Shown: positions 25,242 to 33,200 of the stretch, piece after piece
Layout of the letters: every line of letters starts with the position of its first letter
Position numbering within the stretch: position 1 is the first letter of the stretch
DNA from: Candidatus Woesebacteria bacterium
GTDB lineage: Bacteria > Patescibacteriota > Microgenomatia > UBA8517
Direction of reading: 5' to 3'
NCBI GenBank assembly: GCA_027347685.1
Contig: DAIEQM010000033.1
Location: 1-40,364 of the forward strand
Length of the DNA stretch: 40,364 bases
Notes under the pieces: model-generated
Seen by the model: only the letters and a program-made list of their open reading frames with translations
What the model was told of the DNA's origin: nothing
The model's database searches: none
Program-made: the position numbers and the translations under genes

Positions 25242-25622
25242 ATGAAATCAGTTAGAGATCCCCGACATCTGAGACGTCAACGTGTAATACAAGATCTTTT
25301 TGCCAACACGTTTCTTCCTCAAGACAGCCAAGAACAAATATCTCACGACGTTATAAAAATTTTCCCAGAACTTGATGCTCGTATTACAAAAAGTGCTCCT
25401 GCGTGGCCGATTGATAAAATAAACCGAATTGATCTTGCGATACTCCGCTACGCAACGTATGAGATTACACACTCAGACACCCCATCAAAGGTAGTTGTCG
25501 ATGAGGCAATAGAGCTTGCAAAAGAATTTGGGGGAGACAACTCTCCATCGTTTATAAATGGCGTTTTGGGAAGCATTATCAAACAAACGGAAACTGAAAA
25601 ACAACATGAAAACAGTAACTGA
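25242..25622 (+). CDS. nusB: transcription antitermination factor NusB
   Basis: [14 protein letters not shown]...[29 protein letters not shown]. Confidence 0.9.
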   Translation: MKSVRDPRHLRRQRVIQDLFANTFLPQDSQEQISHDVIKIFPELDARITKSAPAWPIDKINRIDLAILRYATYEITHSDTPSKVVVDEAIELAKEFGGDNSPSFINGVLGSIIKQTETEKQHENSN

Positions 25623-26283
25623 CGTTAAATCTACATTTAAAAATAGTGAGCTTTTTGACCAAGCGCTCACTCATCGTTCATGGGTGAATGAAAACCCCGC
25701 ACAAAGAGGCACCAATGAACGTCTTGAATTTTTGGGAGACGCGATTTTGGAATTTGTGGTGAGCAGTTTCATTTACACCGCGTTCCCTTCAGAAGAAGAA
25801 GGGTTTTTAACAGCTCTTCGAGCAAACATTGTAAACACAAAAAGTCTTGCTGCACTTGCCACTAGGCTTTCGGTTGGGGAATACTTATTCCTTTCGAAAG
25901 GGGAAGAACAAGGGGGAGGACGAAACAACCCCTCGCTGTTAGCAGATACCATTGAGGCTATTATTGGCGCACTCTACATTGATCAAGGTTTTGATGCTTC
26001 AAAAGAATTTATCCAAGTCAATTTACTCGAACGAATCGACGAATTTCTAGAAAAACCTCTTAAAGATCCAAAAAGCCGGCTTCAAGAGCTGGTTCAATCA
26101 AAAGGAATGGAAGCTCCACGATATAAATTGGTTCGGGAAGAAGGGCCAGATCACTCAAAAGAATTTGTTATTGAGGTTTTTGTAGGCGAAAAGTCGCTTG
26201 GGGAAGGGCTCGGGCGAAGCAAAAGTGCCGCTGAGCAATCGGCTGCTGAGCATGCGCTTGAGACTTTCGCTGAAATAGAGTAA
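25606..26283 (+). CDS. rnc: ribonuclease III
   Basis: [16 protein letters not shown] signature and a C-terminal dsRBD (GPDHSKEF...[16 protein letters not shown]). ATG 25606 overlaps nusB by 17 nt. The track start 25558 is an upstream extension. Confidence 0.93.
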   Translation: MKTVTDVKSTFKNSELFDQALTHRSWVNENPAQRGTNERLEFLGDAILEFVVSSFIYTAFPSEEEGFLTALRANIVNTKSLAALATRLSVGEYLFLSKGEEQGGGRNNPSLLADTIEAIIGALYIDQGFDASKEFIQVNLLERIDEFLEKPLKDPKSRLQELVQSKGMEAPRYKLVREEGPDHSKEFVIEVFVGEKSLGEGLGRSKSAAEQSAAEHALETFAEIE

Positions 26284-26295
26284 AATACTTTCGCC

Positions 26296-26511
26296 ATGGT
26301 AAAAATCAGACTTACAAAGCTTGGAAAGAGAAATGATCATTTTTATAGAGTCATCGCAATCGATGAATCAAAGAAAAATGGTGGAGAGGCACTTGAAGTG
26401 CTTGGTTTTTGGCATCCAAAAACTTCCGACAAGAAAATTGATAAAGCAGGAATTGAACGCTGGGTTGCCAAAGGTGCACAGGTTTCACCTGCAGTTACCA
26501 AACTTATATGA
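26296..26511 (+). CDS. rpsP: 30S ribosomal protein S16
   Basis: MVKIRLTKLGKRNDHFYRVIAIDESKKNGG. Confidence 0.95.
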   Translation: MVKIRLTKLGKRNDHFYRVIAIDESKKNGGEALEVLGFWHPKTSDKKIDKAGIERWVAKGAQVSPAVTKLI

Positions 26512-26735
26512 AGAAACTTCTCACTTTTCTTATTCATGAAATTACGGGTATTGATGACTTTACCGTAACAGAAGAACAAGTTGACGACAAAATCAACTTA
26601 ACGGTTGTAGCTCCACAAGAAACAGTTGGTCTTATTATTGGCAAAGAAGGCAAGACTATCAAAAACATTCGAAAGATTTTGGCAATAAAAGCAACACAAG
26701 AAAATACTGTTGTGAGTGTCAACGTAAACCCTTAA
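26508..26735 (+). CDS. KH-domain RNA-binding protein (KhpA/YlqC-like)
   Basis: LIIGKEGKTIKNIRKIL contains the GxxG KH motif. ATGA overlap with rpsP, which is the conserved position of this gene. Confidence 0.85.
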   Translation: MKKLLTFLIHEITGIDDFTVTEEQVDDKINLTVVAPQETVGLIIGKEGKTIKNIRKILAIKATQENTVVSVNVNP

Positions 26736-26784
26736 CGAATCTTCATTAATTCTCATTTTGAGAACTTCGTAATTTTTATTTCTA

Positions 26785-27477
26785 TCAGTTAACCGGTGAG
26801 AACGGTGATGTGTTTACAATAATCGCAGATGAACTGCTGTCTGGTGTATCGGAATTGATGACAGGGCTCGTGTAAGATGCCAGCTGTGTTAAGAGTGTTG
26901 TTTCTTCAGGAGTCAGCGCAGAAATTGATTCAGTGATTGCAGGCAGCTGTGTTGGGAACGGAGCCCAATACGAGTTCAGGGTCACCTGAGCAACCGTCGT
27001 TACCGGATTTGTAACGAAATTTACTCCACCTAATTCAATAAGCGGTGCTTGCGTGGTAAGACTTGTTAAGAAGTCGAGAACAGAATTGCTTTGACCTTCT
27101 ACGATAATACCCACTTGAGTTGAGCCCGCTAGTGGATCGGTTTCACTCGTTATCGAACTAGTCGTAAGCGTTTTAATGGTTACTTTATTTGCAACTGCAG
27201 TAGTTCTCACCTGAGAGGTAACCAGTAAGACAGAATTTTCTGCGGGCAAAACGGTCGCAATTTGCTTTGATGCTGCAATAACGGTAGGCGAGAGTGAGGA
27301 GAGTGTGTTATTACGTTGTTCCAAGACGGCAATACGACTATTCAAATCATGTTCTGTTTGAGTAAGCGATTGAACTTTACCGTAAAAAAATTGAGCTTCA
27401 AAAATAATTGCAACAAACAAACCCATGAGTATAAGGCCGTACCAAATCATAGATTTATATTGATTGAGAGATCCCAT
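26785..27477 (-). CDS. PilO-like bitopic pilus alignment protein
   Basis: N-terminal TM helix followed by a coiled coil. It is the last gene after pilM-pilN, with a 1-nt overlap to pilN. The assignment rests on position and topology only. Confidence 0.5.
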   Translation of the reverse strand: MGSLNQYKSMIWYGLILMGLFVAIIFEAQFFYGKVQSLTQTEHDLNSRIAVLEQRNNTLSSLSPTVIAASKQIATVLPAENSVLLVTSQVRTTAVANKVTIKTLTTSSITSETDPLAGSTQVGIIVEGQSNSVLDFLTSLTTQAPLIELGGVNFVTNPVTTVAQVTLNSYWAPFPTQLPAITESISALTPEETTLLTQLASYTSPVINSDTPDSSSSAIIVNTSPFSPVN

Positions 27478-27998
27478 TATTTTAGTTTAAATTTCACTTG
27501 ATACCCGAGTGATTGGTTATAAGAAATTGTGTCTATTACCCCTAAAGCAAATTCTTTTGTCTTCATCTTTTGCAATACATCCCCGAGTGCTGCAGAATCG
27601 GGCGCCGTTATCGAAAAATCAGATTGAGAATCGGCCACATCAAGTTGTTTGAGTTCTATTCCTGGTGCAAATGTTTGAAAAACATTTTTTTGAGCTAGAA
27701 AGTCCGCAGTAGCGCTATTTTTAGCCTGCAGCTCTTTTATTTTTGAAAGACGATCACGAACAAAGATAAGTGTCTGTTCTGTGGTTTCCTGAGCTAAAAT
27801 TTGTTCCTTAAGATTTTTTTCCTGAGCTTCAAGTTTAGTGACTGAAGAGTTTCTGTAAAAAATAAATATGGTGCCAATAATAGCTACAACCAAACAAACA
27901 AATCCAAGCAGTGCTGTAAAGATTTTAAGTTTTCCACTAACAGCACTAACTTGTTTATTTTGAATCTGGTCTTGTGGCAGAAAATTAATTTCAGACAT
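27477..27998 (-). CDS. pilN: PilN-like fimbrial assembly protein
   Basis: The N-terminal INFLP motif, a TM helix, a coiled coil and its position after pilM. Confidence 0.7.
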   Translation of the reverse strand: MSEINFLPQDQIQNKQVSAVSGKLKIFTALLGFVCLVVAIIGTIFIFYRNSSVTKLEAQEKNLKEQILAQETTEQTLIFVRDRLSKIKELQAKNSATADFLAQKNVFQTFAPGIELKQLDVADSQSDFSITAPDSAALGDVLQKMKTKEFALGVIDTISYNQSLGYQVKFKLK

Positions 27999-28018
27999 AA
28001 TGTGTAATTAAAAAATTA

Positions 28019-29041
28019 CTAATCTTCTCTCAAAGCAAGCCCTACAGCCACTGCGTAAATAGGAGCAAAACTTGCAAGGCTTCGTGCACTTTCAGCGTCT
28101 ACAGTCAGGTCGGGTCGAGAGAATGGATTTCCAACTTGCACTTCCATATTAAGCAGTCTGGTAAGCTCAGCAGCGAGACCAGGAAGCCCGGAAGTTCCAC
28201 CAGATAAAATAAGAGATCGAGGAATATCGTTATGAGTTTCCATTTGGAAATAGCTCATCGACTTTTTGATTTCATCTACAATAACGGTAAGTACAGGGCG
28301 AATCGATCGTCCAACTTTTCCTTCGAGTTGGGTATCATTGAGTCCATAAGTGGCCTTGTATTCTTCTGACTGAATAGGAGTTACTCCAAGACCAAGACTT
28401 ACTGCACGAGAAAAAGCTTCCCCCGCAGTTGGTACCGATCGTGAGAAAAAGAGCTGTTCGTTTTTAACAATAGCAATATTTGTTGTTCGTGCGCCAAAAT
28501 CAGCAAGAATTACTGTTTTGTCAGGAGAACCCCATGTTCGTGAAAGTGCCAAGAGTTCCGTTTCTATAGCGACTACTTCAAGTCCAGCACTATTCACCAC
28601 ATTCATATATTTCTCAATCAAAAGTTTTGGAACGGCTATAACTTGAACCAACACTTGAGGTGGGTTCCCAACTTCTTGACGCTCCAAAATTTTATGACGG
28701 ACTATTGCGTCTTTAACCGGGATTGGAATATATTCTTCAGCTTCCCATTTAACTGCCGACTCAATTTCTTCATTGGTAAGAAGCGGAAACTTTACGGTTC
28801 GCATAAATATGAGCGATTCTGGAATTGATATCGTAACTTTCTTTGAAGAAATACGTGCGTCAGTAAAGAGCTTTTTAATAATTTGTGCAAAAGCATCCAC
28901 TGCCTTTTGATCTGCAAGTTTTTCAATTTGCGTTGATTGAAAATTAACAGCCCCAGCTGCTTTCAGCGAAAAACCAGATCCAACTTTTTCAAGTTCAACT
29001 ACTTTTAATGTTTTTGATCCAATGTCGAGTCCAACACTCAT
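28019..29041 (-). CDS. pilM: type IV pilus assembly protein PilM (actin-like ATPase fold)
   Basis: MSVGLDIGSKTLKVVEL...ILADFGARTTNIAIV...LILSGGTSGLPGL. ATG 29041 is preferred over track TTG 29065. Confidence 0.85.
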   Translation of the reverse strand: MSVGLDIGSKTLKVVELEKVGSGFSLKAAGAVNFQSTQIEKLADQKAVDAFAQIIKKLFTDARISSKKVTISIPESLIFMRTVKFPLLTNEEIESAVKWEAEEYIPIPVKDAIVRHKILERQEVGNPPQVLVQVIAVPKLLIEKYMNVVNSAGLEVVAIETELLALSRTWGSPDKTVILADFGARTTNIAIVKNEQLFFSRSVPTAGEAFSRAVSLGLGVTPIQSEEYKATYGLNDTQLEGKVGRSIRPVLTVIVDEIKKSMSYFQMETHNDIPRSLILSGGTSGLPGLAAELTRLLNMEVQVGNPFSRPDLTVDAESARSLASFAPIYAVAVGLALRED

Positions 29042-29074
29042 AGGCAGGTAATTAATAATAAACAAAACCGAGTC

Positions 29075-29204
29075 GCTTTACTATCCCGAATAGCAAACGT
29101 GCTTTACTATCCCAAATAGCAAACTTGCTTTACTATCCCGAATAGCAGATTTACTTTACTTTCGTAGAAAGCAAGTTTACTTGACTATCCCAGGTGGAGA
29201 ATAG
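29075..29204 (-). repeat. five tandem 26-bp units (three near-identical, two degenerate), each a stem-loop in the sense RNA
   Basis: Units start at 29075, 29101, 29127, 29153 and 29179. The plus-strand consensus is gctttactatcccgaatagcaaacgt. The last unit overlaps the final codons of the PilX-like gene. Confidence 0.9.
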
Positions 29205-30106
29205 AGCGACGATTGAAACATACTTGGGATTTCAGGATACAGTGAATACACTTGTACTTTGCGTGTAGAAGTTCCAGACGTTCCCAGAGAGTCTACTTGA
29301 CGACCCTGATCTGGTAAATCTGAGGGGAGGTTCGTGACACCAAAAAGAGTGGGGGTTGTATTGTACAAAAGGAGAGCAGTAAGAGACTTTAAGCGTTTTC
29401 CATTTATTGATCCATTTGGAATTGCGAGATCGGTAAGCAGGTTTACGGTAACTTTGTTAGCAAGTGGAGTACCGTCGATGGTACAGGAGCCAGAACCTGT
29501 ATTGGTACTTATTCCGTTCGTGATAAAGCGATTTTGAGATGCGCGAGAACCGTTCGAATCGTAGGCAATGTATGCATATTTTCGAACACCTCCACCAGCC
29601 GGGTCTTCATACAAAAGTGCAAGGGCAATTGCTGGCTGTGTTCCACTGCCGGTTTTTCCCCAACAGACATCAATTGTTTGTCCTTGAAAACATTTATTAC
29701 CTCCGGTGCATGTAAGGCTGTTGTCGGTATCATGTGATGAAAGCCACACCGTAGCGCTGTCTCCAGCTGAAAGTTCTACCGGATATAAATATGAGCGAGG
29801 GTTTTGAGGAAATGCAGTCAAACTTGCAGTGTATGTAGAGCCAGACGAACCAACAGGCACCGGAGTAGGTGAGGGAACAAGGGGAAGGGATTCAATTGAA
29901 TTATTGAGGGTATTTTCAACGCCTGCTTCAGCAGCAGAAAAAGCTCGGAGAGATTCTTCACCTTTTGTACTCGTTGACACATCGGTAATTGAACGGGAGA
30001 CAACGGAAAGAGCAATAGTGAGGACTACTCCCACAGAGAGAAGAACCATAAGCAAAGCCTGACCATTCTGGCTGAATAGTGCTTGTCCTGATGCGTTTTT
30101 CTTCAT
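29177..30106 (-). CDS. PilX-like large minor pilin or tip-associated protein
   Basis: GQALLMVLLSVGVVLTIALSVVSRS...SLRAFSAAEAGVE resembles the PilX N-terminal domain. There is no canonical G/FxxxE site. The start is ATG 30106, or alternatively GTG 30124. Confidence 0.6.
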   Translation of the reverse strand: MKKNASGQALFSQNGQALLMVLLSVGVVLTIALSVVSRSITDVSTSTKGEESLRAFSAAEAGVENTLNNSIESLPLVPSPTPVPVGSSGSTYTASLTAFPQNPRSYLYPVELSAGDSATVWLSSHDTDNSLTCTGGNKCFQGQTIDVCWGKTGSGTQPAIALALLYEDPAGGGVRKYAYIAYDSNGSRASQNRFITNGISTNTGSGSCTIDGTPLANKVTVNLLTDLAIPNGSINGKRLKSLTALLLYNTTPTLFGVTNLPSDLPDQGRQVDSLGTSGTSTRKVQVYSLYPEIPSMFQSSLYSPPGIVK

Positions 30107-30113
30107 ATATTTT

Positions 30114-30635
30114 TCAGTATACACGTAATATTACTCTTCTCGAAATAGTCGCAAAACTGGTGTCGGTCGCGGCGGCATTTGCTGCGGTTCCTGCAAAGAC
30201 AAAATCAATAATCGGTGGATTGTATACGCCATTTGATGTGCAAGTGAAAGTGCAGGTAGTGAGATTTATATCAGAACTTGTTATGCGCGCACCAGATGTG
30301 CCATCACTTAAGTACTGATTGGCCCCACCACTACAGGTGTAGCTTCCAGTCGTTCCTGTTTGGGTTGTGTAGCTGATACTTGCATGGCTCGCGCCATCAC
30401 ATGCACTCGTAATCAATTTGGCGTTTCGTACGTTTCGTTCAACCAGTGAAGCAGCAAAGTCTAAATTGTCACGAACTCTACTTGAGGCATCAACTTTTCT
30501 CGTACCTCTAAATGACTGTAGTGTACTTTGCGTTACAATAAAAGCTAAAAGCGCGAACAAAAACATAACCACAAGCATCTCAATGATGGAAAAACCGTGT
30601 AAATTCTTACCCTTAGTGGTATGTGTATTTTTCAT
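30114..30635 (-). CDS. minor pilin with prepilin-type N-terminal cleavage/methylation domain
   Basis: MKNTHTTKGKNLHG/FSIIEMLVVMFLFALLAF. Confidence 0.75.
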   Translation of the reverse strand: MKNTHTTKGKNLHGFSIIEMLVVMFLFALLAFIVTQSTLQSFRGTRKVDASSRVRDNLDFAASLVERNVRNAKLITSACDGASHASISYTTQTGTTGSYTCSGGANQYLSDGTSGARITSSDINLTTCTFTCTSNGVYNPPIIDFVFAGTAANAAATDTSFATISRRVILRVY

Positions 30636-31084
30636 TATTTGTTTCCTTTCCAGTTGGTAAAGGTGGTTGTTGCAACAGATTGATGCACGCCATTTCCATC
30701 ACCCCAGCTTACTGTTACCGTCGCGTTTACGGTAGACGGATCAGTTCTCACAAAAGTAACATTTCTTAAAAAAGATGTACCTGCTATCACATCGCCTGAT
30801 CCGCATGCACCACTGTGTGAGCCATTGGCAGTCCAACTTAAACTCACAATACAGGCAGGGCTCCCGGTATGCGAATAAAACGTTGCCCAGTCTTTGTCTC
30901 TCTCTCCACGGAGCCATTCAATTCCTTCTTGGGTATAGCTTGTTGCAAGTGCTTTATTTCGAGAAAAAGAAGTATTGGCAATACTTTTGGTGACTAATGT
31001 AACGAGTGCAACGAGCACAAAACTGACAATAAGAAGTGCAGCAATAAGTTCAATAAACGATTGGCCGGAATTATTTTTATTCAT
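30635..31084 (-). CDS. minor pilin with prepilin-type N-terminus
   Basis: MNKNNSG/QSFIELIAALLIVSFVLVAL. Residue +1 is Q rather than F, and E5 is present. Confidence 0.7.
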   Translation of the reverse strand: MNKNNSGQSFIELIAALLIVSFVLVALVTLVTKSIANTSFSRNKALATSYTQEGIEWLRGERDKDWATFYSHTGSPACIVSLSWTANGSHSGACGSGDVIAGTSFLRNVTFVRTDPSTVNATVTVSWGDGNGVHQSVATTTFTNWKGNK

Positions 31085-31599
31085 TGTATTTCTCCAGAGG
31101 CAGACACCGAAATTGTTTTTGTTTGCGAAACCTGATCGCTCGACACAATAAGTGTTAGGTTGTTTGCTGGAGAAACATCAGTACCAAGTTCAAGCGGCTT
31201 AAACAAAAGACGAACTGTTCCACCCGAAGGAACTCTATTAATAACAAGAAATATATTGCTCGGAAGTGTCACCGACTTCACCACGGCAGATGCTGTCGCA
31301 CAAAGGGCAGAAATGGTATACGCGGTCGATTTAGCCCCACCTCCGGTGGCAGCTGCTGCAAAATCTATAGCATATCCCTGAAACGTTCCGGTGCAACCCG
31401 CTACACGCTTACCTCCTGATGCGTCTGCGTGTACCGTTCGAAGCTCGCCATTTAATGTTCGTGCATAATTATCAATTTCTTGGCGACGTCCAAAATCACG
31501 GAAGTTTGCAACTCCAACACCAGCCGCGAGTCCAATGATTACCATAACAATAAGAAGCTCTAAGAGGGTAAAGCCGGTTGACCTTGAGTAATTCGTCAT
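31081..31599 (-). CDS. GspH/FimT-like minor pilin
   Basis: MTNYSRSTG/FTLLELLIVMVIIGLAAGVGVANFRDFGRRQE. ATG 31599 forms an ATGA overlap with the upstream pilin stop. The track start 31656 is an extension. Confidence 0.65.
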   Translation of the reverse strand: MTNYSRSTGFTLLELLIVMVIIGLAAGVGVANFRDFGRRQEIDNYARTLNGELRTVHADASGGKRVAGCTGTFQGYAIDFAAAATGGGAKSTAYTISALCATASAVVKSVTLPSNIFLVINRVPSGGTVRLLFKPLELGTDVSPANNLTLIVSSDQVSQTKTISVSASGEIQ

Positions 31600-32099
31600 G
31601 GATTTACTGCTTTGTAATAGCACGACACCGAACCACAACTTGAGGATCCTCCACATGTTACCGTAGCTGCTCCTCCGGCAGGCTTTTCAAGTGTGGAGCA
31701 AATTTCGTATCCCGTGCCTCCTCCAGTTTGATTATATTTGTATGTTCCACTACCAGGGTCTGTTGGAACTTTTTGCATATACGTATAAGTCGTAAGGCAT
31801 TTACCAGAAGCATTTTTTCCATTCATAGCTCCTCCAAAGGTAAAACTACCAGTTCCAGAATTGGGCGGATACGAGTCACAATCCGAACGATAAATTTCAA
31901 GTGCAGAGCGAACAGTTTCAATATCACTTTTACGTCTTTGGTCGCGAGCACTTTCGCGCGCTCCCGCAAGTCCAAAAACGGAGATTGCCATAAGGAGCAC
32001 AATAATTGCAATAACAACAAGAAGTTCAATAAGGGTAAAGCCCTCAGAACCTCTGAACGTAGAGTTCATGAGGGTGAAGCCAGAATTTTTTTTCATCAT
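31596..32099 (-). CDS. type IV pilin (paralog B) with an unusually long duplicated-motif leader
   Basis: MMKKNSGFTLMNSTFRGSEG/FTLIELLVVIAIIVLLMAISVFGLAGARESARDQRRKSDI. The track start 32207 is an extension into the upstream gene. Confidence 0.8.
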   Translation of the reverse strand: MMKKNSGFTLMNSTFRGSEGFTLIELLVVIAIIVLLMAISVFGLAGARESARDQRRKSDIETVRSALEIYRSDCDSYPPNSGTGSFTFGGAMNGKNASGKCLTTYTYMQKVPTDPGSGTYKYNQTGGGTGYEICSTLEKPAGGAATVTCGGSSSCGSVSCYYKAVNP

Positions 32100-32103
32100 A
32101 GTA

Positions 32104-32583
32104 TTATGGACAATTACCATTACCTCCGGTAAAACCTGCAGCCGCTTTTGTTCCTGCATAGCCAGTAGAACAGACGTAAAATACCTGAGCTGGAACTGGC
32201 TTTTCAAGGGTTGCCCAAATTACATATTTGGTTCCACTTCCATCAGTAACATACTGGTACGAGTTTACCGAAGTCGGATCGTTTGGACAGGTTATGTTAC
32301 CAAGTGGGTTGGAAGCACCACACATAGAACTTGGGTTTACGGCAGATGCTTTGATTGGAAACACCCCGTTGTTTGCATTGGCATATATTTCAATCGCATT
32401 CTGGTATTGATGAATGTCAGACTGACGTTGTGCATCACGTGCTGCTGCTTTACTTCCATTAAAACTGAGAATAGCGAAAGACGCCATAACCGCAATGATA
32501 GCCACTACAACAAGAAGCTCAATGATGGTGAAGCCAGCAGAATCTCTGTAGTCAGAGTTCATGATGGTGAAACCTCTTTTCAT
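32104..32583 (-). CDS. type IV pilin (paralog A) with an unusually long duplicated-motif leader
   Basis: MKRGFTIMNSDYRDSAG/FTIIELLVVVAIIAVMASFAILSFNGSKAAARDAQRQSDI. Confidence 0.8.
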   Translation of the reverse strand: MKRGFTIMNSDYRDSAGFTIIELLVVVAIIAVMASFAILSFNGSKAAARDAQRQSDIHQYQNAIEIYANANNGVFPIKASAVNPSSMCGASNPLGNITCPNDPTSVNSYQYVTDGSGTKYVIWATLEKPVPAQVFYVCSTGYAGTKAAAGFTGGNGNCP

Positions 32584-32598
32584 ACTTTCAGACTAACA
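32584..32598 (-). promoter_or_regulatory. extended -10 TGTTAGTCT 6 nt before pilin ATG 32583
   Basis: The minus strand reads TGTTAGTCTgaaagtATG. No SD. Confidence 0.4.
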
Positions 32599-32637
32599 CA
32601 AAAAGAAAAGCAATGTAAAACAAGTTTACGTTTTACA
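32598..32637 (-). terminator. weak AT-rich hairpin plus T tract
   Basis: TGTAAAAC, 8-nt loop, GTTTTACA, followed on the minus strand by ATTGCTTTTCTTTTTG. Confidence 0.4.
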
Positions 32638-32668
32638 ACGCAAAACAAGTGTGCCTATTCAACGAAAA

Positions 32669-33199
32669 CTATTTGCGAGGAGTTGGCGAGGGAGAGGGGA
32701 GCGGGTCATAGAGTACTGGACGAGCTCCACTTGTGCGTCCTGCATTACAATCGACGTCTCCACAAGAGATTTTCATGAGCACGATGTTTTTGTCGTATTC
32801 ATCTTCGTAACTTCCTTCAAGCGCCGCGTATATTTGAAAGTTATCACCATTGCTTCGATATACAAACTTTCGTCCTTTATCAAAGTATGGATCGCGGGGG
32901 AGCGGGTCAAAGAATGGACTATTAATTTTGTTGTCACCCCATTCACACGGAGCAAAAACCCAATCTCCTTGCTTATTCTTAAAGCCATTACAGCCAATAA
33001 TTTTTCCATCTTCTGTAGCGAGTGGGAAGGTACCGATAGCTTTCTTAAAATCGGTAAGCCTGGATTCAATATCACCAAGTTCATTTTTGCGAGAGACGTC
33101 GCGACTCTTCCGATATGAAGCGAACAAATTTACCACTGTTACTACGGCAATAACAGTTAACACAATGGTAACAAAACTAAATTCTTTTTTACTAAACAT
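32669..33199 (-). CDS. pilin-like protein with a degenerate class III signal (no G at -1, no E at +5)
   Basis: MFSKKEFSFVTIVLTVIAVVTVVNLFASYRKSRDVSRKNELGDIESRL. It has a pilin-like helix and a pilin-like RD..R...I block, but EFSFVT replaces GFTLIE. The tail is Pro-rich (PLPSPSPTPRK). Confidence 0.55.
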   Translation of the reverse strand: MFSKKEFSFVTIVLTVIAVVTVVNLFASYRKSRDVSRKNELGDIESRLTDFKKAIGTFPLATEDGKIIGCNGFKNKQGDWVFAPCEWGDNKINSPFFDPLPRDPYFDKGRKFVYRSNGDNFQIYAALEGSYEDEYDKNIVLMKISCGDVDCNAGRTSGARPVLYDPLPSPSPTPRK

Positions 33200-33200
33200 A

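Noticed and set aside
29075-29204. CRISPR array.
   Set aside because: The 26-bp units are directly abutting with no spacers. There are only 3 good copies, no cas genes are present, and the array is continuous with the end of a CDS.
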